Shown one piece after another: positions 1-10,220 of a stretch of DNA of 33,579 nucleotides. The translations under genes and the position numbers were made by a program. Below the pieces are notes generated by a model that had not been told where the DNA came from, did not search any database, and saw only the letters and a list, made by a program, of their open reading frames with translations. This DNA is from an uncultured bacterium. Its GTDB lineage: Bacteria > T1Sed10-126. Position 1 is the stretch's first letter. The number at the start of each line of letters is the position of its first letter. Where the stretch lies: positions 1 to 33,579 of the forward strand of contig CAZMIT010000007.1 in the NCBI GenBank assembly GCA_964566495.1, written 5' to 3'.

Positions 1-87
1 CTTTTGGCTTTGAGCTTTAAGCTGGTTTATTCCGGCTCGGTGGCCGGAATGACGAACTAAACGGCATTTGACAGTAGCCGCTAAACA
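1..87. repeat. Right end of composite REP-containing repeat element (truncated by window start)
   Basis: 1-39 matches 23931-23969 at 38/39 nt; contains hairpin ATTCCGGC-TCGGTG-GCCGGAAT-GAC (29-53) and ends in CGCTAAACA (79-87), as does the copy ending at 24020; abuts the polC stop codon. Confidence 0.85.
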
Positions 88-88
88 A

Positions 89-3000
89 TTATGCGAAAAG
101 ACTTATATTTTCTGTTTCGGGGAGCCCCTCGAAGAAGCCCAGGGAGCGAGCATTTTCAGCCACGGTTGTATTTATCTGTGTTCGGTTGGTCACATCTTCA
201 ACTGAACTGAAGTTTTTGTTCTTTATCTCCCGAGCAATTCCTTCGGCCACAGTACCACCGAGACCGGGAATACTCACGTAAGGGGCGCGAATGGTATTTT
301 CCTCCTCAAGACTAAACCGGAGGCCCTCGGAAGCTGTCAGGCGGGGCGGTTTCACTTGAACGCCGCGCAGATAACCCTCGCGCAAAACTTCCAGCGCCGA
401 CAGTTCGGCGGCATCCCGGCTGGTCGTCTGGTTTTGAGACTTTTTATGTTCAATAATTGCCTCAAGCTCGTCCAGCCTATCGTCCACTTTGGCGAGGGAG
501 GTAATATGAGCAGCATCGACATAATCAGCTTTCAGGGAGAGAAAACTTGTATAAAATGCGGCCGGATGGTGAACTTTATAATAAGCAATCCGAAAGGCCA
601 TGGTTACGTAAGCTGCGGCGTGGGCCTTGGGAAACAAGTATTGAATTTTTTGACAGCTTTTTATATACCACTTTGGAACGCCGCAGGCTTTCATTTTCTG
701 GACCTGATCCTCGTTTAGTCCCCGTCCCTTGCGAACATCTTCCATAATCTGAAAGGCAATTGACTCCGGCAGACCGTGACGAATCAACTCATTCATTATG
801 TCGTCCCGACAGGTTATGACGGCAGTTAAATCTACTTTACCACTTTTTACGAGCTGCCGCGCATTGTTCAGCCAGACGTCTTCCCCGTGTGAAAGACCGC
901 TGATACGAATGAGATCAGCGAAAGTGGACGGTCTTGTCTCCTCGACCATGTCCCGAACAAAGGTGGTCCCAAACTCGGGCACCCCAAGGACTCCGACTTC
1001 CATCCCCAGCTCTTGCGGCTCAAGGTCAAGCGAATCCAGGCTCGAAAAGAGTTCAAGTGTCGCCGGGTCATCAAGTGGGACCCCGACAGGATCAACGCCT
1101 GTCAGTTCCTCCAGGTGGCGCAGCTGGGTCGGATTATCGTGGCCAAGTATATCAAGCTTAACAAGCTGATCTTCCATTGCGTGGTAATCAAAATGAGTGG
1201 TTAAAAAATCAGCGTCTCGATCGTTGGCGGGATAGTTAATCGGAGTAAACTCATAAATAGAGTGATCCTCGGGAACAATTATCATACCACCGGGATGCTG
1301 GGAAGTGTTCTGTTTTATTCCCTGGACCCCTTTCATCAGCCGCTTTTTTTCGGCCATCTTTCCCCAAATATTACGTTCTTCCATGTATTTTCCAACGAAG
1401 CCGGCAGCGGTTCTGTTGCTAACCGTAGTTATTGTGCCGGCGCGAAAGATATTTTCCTTACCGAAAATTTCCTCGACGTAATTAAACATTTCCTCCTGAT
1501 AGTCACCGGAAAAATTCAGGTCAATGTCAGGCACCTTGTCCCCCTCGAAACCACAAAACACCTCAAACGGGATGTTATAGCCGTCGCGAGCAAGCTCCTC
1601 CTCGCAGGCGGGACAGTCCTCAGGGGGTAGGTCAACACCTACTATATCTCCGTAATCGTCGGGGAAATCCACGTAATCACAGGCGGGGCATCGGTAGTGC
1701 GGCGGGAGGGGATTAACCTCGGTTATATCCATTAAATAAGCGGCAAAGCTGGAACCAACGGAGCCGCGAGAACCGACGAGATACCCGTCCCGATGACTTT
1801 TTTTAACCAACCAGGCAGAGACAACGTAAAGATTTTCAAATTTATTATCCAGGATAGCCTGGCGCTCTTTTTCTAACCGTTTCTCGACCAGATCGGGGAG
1901 TTCTTCGCCGTAGATTTCGCGAGCCCGACCATCGGTAGTCTGCAAAAATTCATCGCGAGCTTCATCTACTCGGGGCGGATAAAAATCCTCCGGCACCGGT
2001 TTCAACTCTTCACACCAGCCTGATACGAGTCGGGGGTTGTCAACGGCCACTTCAATTGCTTCGTCCTCGCCCAGGTAGTCAAACTCTGCAATCATTTCTT
2101 CTGTGGTGCGCAGATATACCGGGGGCTGGTTGTCAGCGTCAGAAAACTCCTGTCCGGCCTGCAGGACAGAGCGAAACTTTTCGTCCTCGGGATCCAGGAA
2201 ATGAGCGTCACTGGTGCCCACCACCGGTTTACCAACCTCATCGCCCAGGCGGTAAAGTCTACGGTTAAGGTCTCGTATGTCCTCACGACTGGTGATAGAG
2301 TCGTAACTGTCTCCAACCTCAAGCATGAAACGGTTATTGTCAACCGGCTGCAGTTCTATGAAATCATAAAACTTTATCCGTTCTTTGACTTTTTCGTCGG
2401 GCTCGCCCTGGATCACACACTGGTAAATTTCTCCCTGTTCACAGGCCGAGCCAATGAGCAGGCCTTCGCGCATTTCTTCCAGTTCGCTGCGAAGAATGCG
2501 AGGCTGCTTATAGAAATGTTCCACATGACTGCGGGAGACCAGACGGTAGAGGTTTTCCAGCCCCTTCTGAGTGCGAGCAAGAATAAGGACGTGGTAGAAT
2601 GGGTCCCGGTGATCGGAGTCTTTTTCCAGTTTTTTTATCGCCGCCGGGGTGGCGGGTGAAGGTAACTTCGGCTGCAGTTCTTCCAGGATCTGAAGCGTAC
2701 GACGAACGTCAGACGAGGCATCAAATTGGTGTTCAACGTCCTCACGAAATCGGCTGGCAAAGACTTTGTTCAGGCCAGATTCCCCTGGTGACCAGAACCG
2801 TTCAACCAGCCGCCGGAGATGAACAACCGGTCCCGTCGGGCAATATCCCATTTTATCCAGAAAATTCCTCACAAAACTGGCTTCATATACCACCAGAGGT
2901 AGCCCGCCAACAAAATTTTCCAACTGATTAGCAACTTCCTCAGCCGGCGGGGCTTCTAAAAGATCATCTCGACTCAGGCGGGAATTATTCAACAGCTTCT

Positions 3001-4402
3001 CCGGCACCTGATCAACAGCGACCGAGGTCTCATAGCGTTCTTTAATTTCCCCACCTTGCACACGCACTGCCGCCACCTGAAAAACTTCTGAGATCCAGGG
3101 ACTGGGCCCGGTTGTCTCGCAATCCAGGGCAATAAATTCTTCTTTAAGGGGACTGTCCGCGGCGCTGCTGGCAGCTCCGTTCAGAACAAGAGGGCGCTTG
3201 TCGTTGACCAGATAGCCCTCCATCCCGTAAATAACTTTAACGCCGTATTTTTCCGCTGCTGCCGCCGCGTCAGGAAACGAATGAACGACCCCGTGGTCAG
3301 AGATAGCAACAGCTGGCTGATCCCAAAATGCTACTCGCTCAATTAACTCTTCAACGTCAGTTAGTGCGTCGAGCTGACTCATATTGGTGTGGCAATGCAG
3401 TTCCGCACGTTTAACCGGCATTCGATCCTCCCTAATCATAGGCGGTATTTTATTGACATCATTTACAAACATCAAGTAATCCTGGCCACTACGATAATTA
3501 TCCTTCTGCACCCGGCCCCGAATTTTCAGCCAGCTATCTTCCAGACCGATCAAGTTCTCCTTCTTGTCGTCCATGAAAATCATAAAGGGAAGCGAGGCGG
3601 TCCGATCCGAAATTATGCCTTTGACGAAATTCTTCTTCTTTTTAGCGGTCCGGACAAACTCCGCTTCCACAACCTGTCCCTGGATAGTCGCCGAATTTAG
3701 TTCGCCGTTAATTTCCTTTACTTCAATTGCCTCTGTTTTAATTCTTCGACCGCGAAGCACCGTTTCTTTTTCCTTCTGGGCACGCAGCTGACTACGTTGG
3801 CGCTGTTTCTTAATTCGCTCCTGCTCCTGGTCCTCAATACGCCGGGCATCAGACTCAATTTCTCCTTCAAAATCACCAAGCACAAAATCTACCGGCGGAC
3901 AGTTACCCCAGCGCTCGGAGACCCAATTCTTAACGTATTCGTCCACCTGACGGTCCTCACAGACCTGGATCCAGTTGGGATAGGCGAGCTCTATCTTCAA
4001 CTCGCCGTCAACCAGGGACGGCCGGGCATATTCCAGGGCTGAGCGCAGCACGGGGGAAAGTTCCAGTATATTGCTTTTCAACGCTTCCCAATTTTCTTCC
4101 AACCAGGCGTCAAGTGAGCCTCCGGGTTCGCCACAAGGCAAAGTCAAAACGCTTATTTCATTCAAGCCATCGACCCGGTTTTTACAAACTGTTTTCAGGC
4201 AGTTATCCAGATCAGACGGATGGCGTTTGCCGTTGACGGCAAATCGAAACTCCCAGCAGGAATTTTTCGGATCGACACATAAACTTGTTTGCTCAGCCGC
4301 CTGAATAAACTGTTCAACCTCTTCGCTGCAATGCCCCGCTTCTTTCAACAGCTCAAGCAATTTTCGCGGCTCAAGCTTTAGTTGATATCGTTTACTATTC
4401 AC
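89..4402 (-). CDS. polC: DNA polymerase III alpha subunit, PolC type
   Basis: 1437 aa; N-terminal domain, OB fold, PHP (ELHCHTNMSQLDA, SDHG, GMEGY, GSACEQGE, SDAHF) interrupted by a DEDDh-like exonuclease (DCETTG), VGSRGSVGSS, CPAC..CPAC zinc finger, catalytic PDIDLNF and KLDILGHD, YLFPKAHAAAY, C-terminal clamp-binding-like NISLF. GTG start overlaps the proS stop. Confidence 0.98.
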   Translation of the reverse strand: MNSKRYQLKLEPRKLLELLKEAGHCSEEVEQFIQAAEQTSLCVDPKNSCWEFRFAVNGKRHPSDLDNCLKTVCKNRVDGLNEISVLTLPCGEPGGSLDAWLEENWEALKSNILELSPVLRSALEYARPSLVDGELKIELAYPNWIQVCEDRQVDEYVKNWVSERWGNCPPVDFVLGDFEGEIESDARRIEDQEQERIKKQRQRSQLRAQKEKETVLRGRRIKTEAIEVKEINGELNSATIQGQVVEAEFVRTAKKKKNFVKGIISDRTASLPFMIFMDDKKENLIGLEDSWLKIRGRVQKDNYRSGQDYLMFVNDVNKIPPMIREDRMPVKRAELHCHTNMSQLDALTDVEELIERVAFWDQPAVAISDHGVVHSFPDAAAAAEKYGVKVIYGMEGYLVNDKRPLVLNGAASSAADSPLKEEFIALDCETTGPSPWISEVFQVAAVRVQGGEIKERYETSVAVDQVPEKLLNNSRLSRDDLLEAPPAEEVANQLENFVGGLPLVVYEASFVRNFLDKMGYCPTGPVVHLRRLVERFWSPGESGLNKVFASRFREDVEHQFDASSDVRRTLQILEELQPKLPSPATPAAIKKLEKDSDHRDPFYHVLILARTQKGLENLYRLVSRSHVEHFYKQPRILRSELEEMREGLLIGSACEQGEIYQCVIQGEPDEKVKERIKFYDFIELQPVDNNRFMLEVGDSYDSITSREDIRDLNRRLYRLGDEVGKPVVGTSDAHFLDPEDEKFRSVLQAGQEFSDADNQPPVYLRTTEEMIAEFDYLGEDEAIEVAVDNPRLVSGWCEELKPVPEDFYPPRVDEARDEFLQTTDGRAREIYGEELPDLVEKRLEKERQAILDNKFENLYVVSAWLVKKSHRDGYLVGSRGSVGSSFAAYLMDITEVNPLPPHYRCPACDYVDFPDDYGDIVGVDLPPEDCPACEEELARDGYNIPFEVFCGFEGDKVPDIDLNFSGDYQEEMFNYVEEIFGKENIFRAGTITTVSNRTAAGFVGKYMEERNIWGKMAEKKRLMKGVQGIKQNTSQHPGGMIIVPEDHSIYEFTPINYPANDRDADFLTTHFDYHAMEDQLVKLDILGHDNPTQLRHLEELTGVDPVGVPLDDPATLELFSSLDSLDLEPQELGMEVGVLGVPEFGTTFVRDMVEETRPSTFADLIRISGLSHGEDVWLNNARQLVKSGKVDLTAVITCRDDIMNELIRHGLPESIAFQIMEDVRKGRGLNEDQVQKMKACGVPKWYIKSCQKIQYLFPKAHAAAYVTMAFRIAYYKVHHPAAFYTSFLSLKADYVDAAHITSLAKVDDRLDELEAIIEHKKSQNQTTSRDAAELSALEVLREGYLRGVQVKPPRLTASEGLRFSLEEENTIRAPYVSIPGLGGTVAEGIAREIKNKNFSSVEDVTNRTQINTTVAENARSLGFFEGLPETENISLFA

Positions 4403-6131
4403 CTTTACCCCTCAGCTCCTTAAATCGCTCAATAATTTTTTCCAATGGGACTTCTTCGGTTTCTGCCCTGTTTCTTATCAACATCTCAACCGCGTTGTTT
4501 TCAAGTGAGCGGCCAAGTGTGAGCCGGTAGGGTATCCCGATAAGTTCAGAATCATTAAATTTTACCCCGGCACTAACATCACGGTCATCGACCAGGACTT
4601 CGTAGCCGAGCTTTGAAAAGTTCTTAGCGAGACGTTGAGCAACTTCGCGCTGACGCTTGTCCTGCCAGCTTATTGGTAAGATATAAAGATCAAAGGGAGA
4701 GATGGATTCCGGCCAAATTATCCCCTGTTCATCGTGTGATTGTTCGATAGCAGCAGCAATTATGCGACTGGTTCCAATCCCGTAGCAACCCATAATCAGC
4801 GGCTGACTGCTGCCTTCGGCCGTCGTAATTTCTGCCCCCAGCGCACTGCTATATTTGTCCCCCAGATAAAATATGTGGCCTACTTCAATGCCACGCTGCT
4901 GCTCTAACACCCCCGATTCACACTGGGGACAGCCTTCACCGGCCTGGGAAAGACGGATCTGGCACCAGCGGTCTATTTTCAGGTCACGGTCAACATTAAC
5001 CCCGCAGTAGTGGTAACCGTCGCGGTTGGCCCCCGTATAGAGGTTATGACGGTTCCTGAGCGCCGGATCCGCCCAGACTTGCACCTCGTCTGAGGCTTCG
5101 GACAGATTCACTGCTCCCAGACTGCCGGGATGAGCGCCAAAAGCGTCATAAATTTCTCCCGGGCTCATCCCCTCAATTTTGGCGCCGGACTGTTCGGCAA
5201 TTTTAGTTTCGTTCAAGTCATAATCGCCGGGTAAAAGAAAAGCGGTAGGACGACCGTCAATTCTGTAAACCATCGTCTTAACCTGACGTGCTGGAATAGC
5301 TTCCGGGTCCACTTCCAGCAGGTCTTCGATTGTTTCAACGCCGGGGGTGGGAAACTCTTCCAGCTCCTGCGGTTCTTCCCCAGACTCAGGAGGCGACTCA
5401 ACCGGTTGTCCGGAAGCTTTCTCCCGGTTAGCTGCATAATTGCAATCAGAACAGTTCAGAACGACATCCTCGCCGGTTTCCGCGAGGACCATAAACTCGT
5501 GCGAGAGGCTACCACCTATCGCTCCGGTAGCCGCCTCCACTTGACGATAGTTAAAGCCTATTCGATCAAAAATACGCCGATAAGCCTGTTCCATCTCCCG
5601 ATAAGTCTGCCGGGCACCGTCTTCATCGGCGTGAAAACTGTAGGCGTCTTTCATTTCAAACTCGCGACTGCGCATCACACCAAATCGCGGCCGAATCTCA
5701 TCACGAAACTTGGTAGCTATCTGGTAAAATATCAGGGGACAGTCACGGTAGGAATCGACCTCGTCCGCCACCAGGTCGGTTATTACCTCCTCGTGGGTGG
5801 GGCCAAGCCCATATTCCGTCTCCTTCCGGTCTTTAAAACGCATCATTTCAGGTCCGTAAACCGCCCAGCGATTTGTTCGTTCCCAGAGTTCACGGGGCTG
5901 CATGATTGGAAGCCGGACCTCCATCGCCCCGGCGCGGTTCATCTCTTCGCGGACAATGTTGTTGACCTTGCGCTGAACTCGACGAGCCAGCGGCAACATG
6001 CTGTAGACACCACTACTCAACTTTCTAATCATACCCGCTCGAATCATCAGCTTGTGACTTACAACCTCGGCATCAGCGGGGTCTTCTTTGCGGGTGGGTA
6101 GGTAGTAATCGGAGAGGAAAATCATAGACAT
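4395..6131 (-). CDS. proS: Prolyl-tRNA synthetase (bacterial type with INS editing domain)
   Basis: Motifs LGPTHEE, KFRDEIRPRFGVMRSREF, GIEVGHIF, MGCYGIG. Start placed at ATG 6131, 9 nt after AGAAGGAG; the ORF track starts at TTG 6140. Confidence 0.97.
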   Translation of the reverse strand: MSMIFLSDYYLPTRKEDPADAEVVSHKLMIRAGMIRKLSSGVYSMLPLARRVQRKVNNIVREEMNRAGAMEVRLPIMQPRELWERTNRWAVYGPEMMRFKDRKETEYGLGPTHEEVITDLVADEVDSYRDCPLIFYQIATKFRDEIRPRFGVMRSREFEMKDAYSFHADEDGARQTYREMEQAYRRIFDRIGFNYRQVEAATGAIGGSLSHEFMVLAETGEDVVLNCSDCNYAANREKASGQPVESPPESGEEPQELEEFPTPGVETIEDLLEVDPEAIPARQVKTMVYRIDGRPTAFLLPGDYDLNETKIAEQSGAKIEGMSPGEIYDAFGAHPGSLGAVNLSEASDEVQVWADPALRNRHNLYTGANRDGYHYCGVNVDRDLKIDRWCQIRLSQAGEGCPQCESGVLEQQRGIEVGHIFYLGDKYSSALGAEITTAEGSSQPLIMGCYGIGTSRIIAAAIEQSHDEQGIIWPESISPFDLYILPISWQDKRQREVAQRLAKNFSKLGYEVLVDDRDVSAGVKFNDSELIGIPYRLTLGRSLENNAVEMLIRNRAETEEVPLEKIIERFKELRGKGE

Positions 6132-6163
6132 GAGTCGCAACTCCTTCTAAAAATCAATGTAAA

Positions 6164-6478
6164 TGTTTAGCGCCTTCACTGTCATTCTTGGAACGAATGA
6201 TGTCCCGGCAGCAACGACCGTGAGGTCTTGACCGTCATTCCCGTGGAAACGGGAATCCAGCGGCTTTGAATTTACAACAGTTTAAAGTCGTGATCAAAAG
6301 TCAACGTCAAAGCCACTGGATTGCCCGGTCAAGCCGGGCAATGACGACCGGAATTCATCTTGGGCTTTTGGTCGTCCCGGTTAAGATGTTGAACGGTAAC
6401 CGGGAACAACGAATAATGGATTGCGGATCGGAGTCCGCAATGACGTTCAATCCCACAACACCCCGGGGCCGATAAACG
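6164..6478. repeat. Composite REP cluster between ispG and proS
   Basis: Begins TGTTTAGCG (6164-6172); REP hairpins at 6234-6260 (+), 6316-6345 (-), 6417-6444 (-); degenerate end CGATAAACG (6470-6478). 6234-6345 is an inverted homolog of 32595-32692. Confidence 0.85.
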
Positions 6479-6605
6479 GTTACAAATCAATAAGGCACAT
6501 CCTACAAATAAATTATACGCTTTTGTAGTCAGGGGGAAAGATATTTTATTTTGCCCGTTAACATGGCCTTTTTTTGTTATCAATAAGATTAACTTTTTTA
6601 CAGGT

Positions 6606-7682
6606 TCACTCCTGCATTGCTTCTATTTCTTCCATCAAGGCATCGACCATCTGCGACTGATCAACCCGTCTGAGAACCTTGCCATTACGAAACAGCAGAC
6701 CCTCCCCCTCCCCGCCGGCTATCCCGAGATCAGCTTCACGCGCCTCCCCGGGACCGTTTACCACACAACCCATAATTGCAACCCGAATGGCGAGGTCGGA
6801 ACCGGCAAGTCGTTCTTTCACTTCCGCCGCCACGGATTCCAGGTCATAACTAAGCCGCCCGCAAGTGGGACAGGTAATAATTTCAGGTCGAGTTTGGCGG
6901 CGACCACTGGCCTGCAATATGTTATAAGCAACTTCAATTTCTCGAACTGGATCACCGGTTAGCGAGACGCGAATTGTATCTCCGATACCTTCCCCAAGAA
7001 GTCCACCCAGTCCGACGGCCGTTTTCACTGCCCCGTCAGGATACCCTCCGGCCTCAGTCACCCCCAGGTGCAGAGGACAGTCACTTTCTTCTGAAAAACG
7101 CCGGTTGGCAGCAACAACCGTGGGAACCTGACTGGACTTCAGCGAAACAACCGTGTTGTAGTAATCCAGCCGCTGACAAAATTTCACATATTTTAAAGCA
7201 CTTTCCACCAGGGCATCCGCGCAGGGGGTCTCATATTTATCCCTTATTTCCGGGGCCAGCGAACCGGCGTTGACACCAATTCGCATCGCTACTCCCTCCT
7301 GTGCGCAAGCCTCTACCACTTCTTTTACCGGCTCTTTTCCACCAATATTTCCCGGATTTATACGAATCTTGTCGACCCCCGCGGCCACGGCCTGCAGAGC
7401 CAATTCGTGCTGAAAATGAATGTCAGCAACGAGCGGAACTTGGATTTGAGATTTAATTGTTCCCAGCCGCGCCGCCGCTTCCTGATCCGGAACTGCGACG
7501 CGCACCAGTTCACAGCCGGCCGCTTCCAGGTCGGTAATTTGTGCTACGGTGGCCGAAACATTTTGGGTCGGCGTGTTGGTCATCGATTGGACAACAACGG
7601 GGTTTTTAGCACCGATAGTGAGCGCTCCCACCTGAACCGGTCGGGTCTGCTTGCGGGGCGTCAAATCGGACAATTTATTCAC
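6606..7682 (-). CDS. ispG: 4-hydroxy-3-methylbut-2-en-1-yl diphosphate synthase
   Basis: VQSMTNT, PLVADIHF, RINPGNIG, RIGVNAGSL, LHLGVTEAG, GIGDTIRVSL and Fe-S ligands CPTCGR / GCVVNGPGE. Confidence 0.98.
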   Translation of the reverse strand: MNKLSDLTPRKQTRPVQVGALTIGAKNPVVVQSMTNTPTQNVSATVAQITDLEAAGCELVRVAVPDQEAAARLGTIKSQIQVPLVADIHFQHELALQAVAAGVDKIRINPGNIGGKEPVKEVVEACAQEGVAMRIGVNAGSLAPEIRDKYETPCADALVESALKYVKFCQRLDYYNTVVSLKSSQVPTVVAANRRFSEESDCPLHLGVTEAGGYPDGAVKTAVGLGGLLGEGIGDTIRVSLTGDPVREIEVAYNILQASGRRQTRPEIITCPTCGRLSYDLESVAAEVKERLAGSDLAIRVAIMGCVVNGPGEAREADLGIAGGEGEGLLFRNGKVLRRVDQSQMVDALMEEIEAMQE

Positions 7683-9022
7683 CCGAACACAAGCTCAGAA
7701 AGACGGGAAAAGAGGCGATTGACAAAATCTATGCGCGCGATATCAAAAAAGGTCACCATTATCAGCAGGGCTAACAAAAGAGCCAGCCCGATCTGATTGG
7801 CAAGATCAAACGCTTTTGCCGGTAGTTTGTAGCCAACCAGTTCCGGTAGAGAAAGCAGAATATGCCCCCCATCAAGCACGGGCACAGGTAAAATATTGAT
7901 AACGCCAAGATTTATGGAAAGAAAAGCGGTAAAATTAATCAAAGGCCAGAAACCAATCGTAGCAATGTGCCCGGTGACGCCTATTATGCCTACCGGTCCG
8001 GCCAGGCCATCAGGGGAAAGCCGGCGCGTTATAAGGCCCCAAATTCCTCGAAACAGAAGTTGAACGGCGTTTTTGGTCTCGCGCAGGGCAAAATTCATAG
8101 ACTCTAAAAATCCATAGGTGGTGTGAGGCACCGGGGGCTCCCATTGAAATTTTCGTGCCCAGTCGTAAAAATCTTCGTCGGCTTCCGGAACGTTGAGAGT
8201 CCTCATCAGCTGCTCGCCTTGACGCTCCAGAACTATCTCCACCTCGCCGCGATTTCTTGTTAGCAGGTGAGAAAAATGCTGAAAGGACCGAACTTCGGTC
8301 CCGGCAATTTTTACAAAACGATCACCACGTTCAAAATTCTTATCTCGCAGAATACTTTCCTGGCCCAGTTTCTCTATCTCGGGGGGAAGATAAGGAGAAA
8401 TTCCAACCACGTGTGTAGGTTGAAATATACTCCTGTCCTCAAGCCGGTGGGGCTCCAGTACAACCATTTTTTTCTCGCCGTCACGGCGGATCAAAAACCG
8501 TCGCTCTTCGTCGCCCAGAAGGCTGTTGTGAACATTAATGTCCTGAAACCGTTCAATCGGTCTTTCGTTCAGGGCCAGCACCTCGTCGCCAATCTGCAAC
8601 TCACCATAGGCGGGCATATCTTCGTTTATAAAGCCTATCCTGGGCGGCAGAATCTCCTCCCCCTGAACCATTCCGTAAGGAACATAGAGGAGAAACCCAA
8701 GCAATATGTTACAGATCACCCCGGCGACAAGTACCGACATGCGACGGAGCACCGGTTGATTTGAAAAAGCCCGGGGGTTATCCGTTTCCTCGGTTATATC
8801 CTCACCGGCCAGTTTTACATAGCCACCCAGGGGGACCACACAAATACGGTATTCAGTTTCCCCGGGGGCATAAGAAAACAGAGGCGGCCCCATTCCCAGG
8901 GCGAAAGCTTCCACCTCAACTCCATTAAGCCGGGCCAGCAGAAAATGTCCCCCCTCGTGTACAAAAACAACAAGTCCAAAAACAAATATAAAACCCAGCG
9001 CTGCGATTAAATAATAAAACAT
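7679..9022 (-). CDS. rseP: RIP metalloprotease RseP/RasP (M50 family, PDZ domains)
   Basis: HEGGH zinc motif, PLGGYVKL, GPVGI, NILPVPVLDGG; canonical position between dxr and ispG. Confidence 0.96.
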   Translation of the reverse strand: MFYYLIAALGFIFVFGLVVFVHEGGHFLLARLNGVEVEAFALGMGPPLFSYAPGETEYRICVVPLGGYVKLAGEDITEETDNPRAFSNQPVLRRMSVLVAGVICNILLGFLLYVPYGMVQGEEILPPRIGFINEDMPAYGELQIGDEVLALNERPIERFQDINVHNSLLGDEERRFLIRRDGEKKMVVLEPHRLEDRSIFQPTHVVGISPYLPPEIEKLGQESILRDKNFERGDRFVKIAGTEVRSFQHFSHLLTRNRGEVEIVLERQGEQLMRTLNVPEADEDFYDWARKFQWEPPVPHTTYGFLESMNFALRETKNAVQLLFRGIWGLITRRLSPDGLAGPVGIIGVTGHIATIGFWPLINFTAFLSINLGVINILPVPVLDGGHILLSLPELVGYKLPAKAFDLANQIGLALLLALLIMVTFFDIARIDFVNRLFSRLSELVFG

Positions 9023-9083
9023 ATCTGTCTATCTTCCTCAGAACTTTTTAAGCTGATTTTGAAAATTTTCAAGGTTAATACTA

Positions 9084-10220
9084 TCACATATTCTTTAAAA
9101 TTTGCGTGGCCTGCTGGCGGGCCTGCCTATCCACAGCAAGTACGGTATCCAGGTCCGTCAACTCGACTGACTCGTGTGTCTGCAAACATTGTTCAACCAC
9201 TCGGGGAATATCCAGAAAAGATATTTTTCCTCTAATAAAACCATCAACCGCCACTTCGTTGGCGGCGTTCAAAACCGCCGGATAACTATCCCCATTTTCC
9301 AACGCCTCACAGGCGAGCCGGTAAGCTGAAAACTTATCGCTATCAATTGGTTCAAAATCCCAGGAAAATCCCTCGCTAAAATCTATTGGTTCAATTACCG
9401 CGGCAGAGCGGCGGGGATAAAAAAGAGCATATTGTATGGGCAGCTTCATATCGGGCACCGAACACTGGGCGATGATCGAGTTGTCCACGAACTCCACCAG
9501 CCCGTGCACGGTCGACTGCGGATGAACAAAAGCATCTACCTGGTCAGCCGAAAGCTCAAAAAGACGACAGGCTTCTATAACCTCCAGCCCCTTGTTCATC
9601 ATCGTCGCCGAATCAATTGTAATCTTGCTTCCCATCTCCCAGTTCGGATGGTCGAAGGCAGCAGCCGGGGTCACCTGCTCTAATTTCGAGCGGGGCGTCC
9701 GTAAAAATGGCCCGCCTGAGGCAGTTATTATCAAGCGTGAAATTTCCTCATAATCCTCGCCGCGCAGGGCCTGAAACAAGGCGCTGTGTTCACTGTCCAC
9801 CGGCAACAGTCTTGCTCCAGAGCCTTGCTCAATGTCCTTTATCAACTGACCCGCCGCCGCCAGTACCTCTTTGTTGGCCAGCGCCACGTCCACGTTCGAC
9901 TTCAAAGCCTCAAGGCAGGGACGAAGCCCCGCCGTTCCCACAACTGCAAGAACCAGCAAATCTAAGTTCAAGTCTAACACATCAGTAAGAACTCGGGGGC
10001 CATACTGCCAATCGTCGTTCCCCTTTCCCTCCAGCTCCTTTGCTGTTACACCGACTACTTGCGGCGAGAACTCCTCAGCTTGAGCCTGTATTTGTTCCAG
10101 AGAAGAGTGCGTTGTCAGTGCTACAACGTCAAACTGTTCGGGGAACTGACGTATAACTTCAAGCGTCTGGGTCCCGATTGAACCGGTAGAGCCAAGCACC
10201 GCTACACTGCGTCGACTCAT
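9084..10220 (-). CDS. dxr: 1-deoxy-D-xylulose 5-phosphate reductoisomerase
   Basis: LGSTGSIG, LANKE, PVDSEHSA, TASGGPF, HPNWEMGSKITIDSATMMNKGLE, NAANE. Confidence 0.98.
   Translation of the reverse strand: MSRRSVAVLGSTGSIGTQTLEVIRQFPEQFDVVALTTHSSLEQIQAQAEEFSPQVVGVTAKELEGKGNDDWQYGPRVLTDVLDLNLDLLVLAVVGTAGLRPCLEALKSNVDVALANKEVLAAAGQLIKDIEQGSGARLLPVDSEHSALFQALRGEDYEEISRLIITASGGPFLRTPRSKLEQVTPAAAFDHPNWEMGSKITIDSATMMNKGLEVIEACRLFELSADQVDAFVHPQSTVHGLVEFVDNSIIAQCSVPDMKLPIQYALFYPRRSAAVIEPIDFSEGFSWDFEPIDSDKFSAYRLACEALENGDSYPAVLNAANEVAVDGFIRGKISFLDIPRVVEQCLQTHESVELTDLDTVLAVDRQARQQATQILKNM

Noticed and set aside
89..4402. Intein in PolC
   Set aside because: Length (1437 aa) is normal for PolC and no splice-junction or LAGLIDADG motifs are seen.
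6141..6600. T-box riboswitch upstream of proS
   Set aside because: No T-box (GGTGG.ACC) or terminator/antiterminator on the minus strand; the region is explained by REP repeats.
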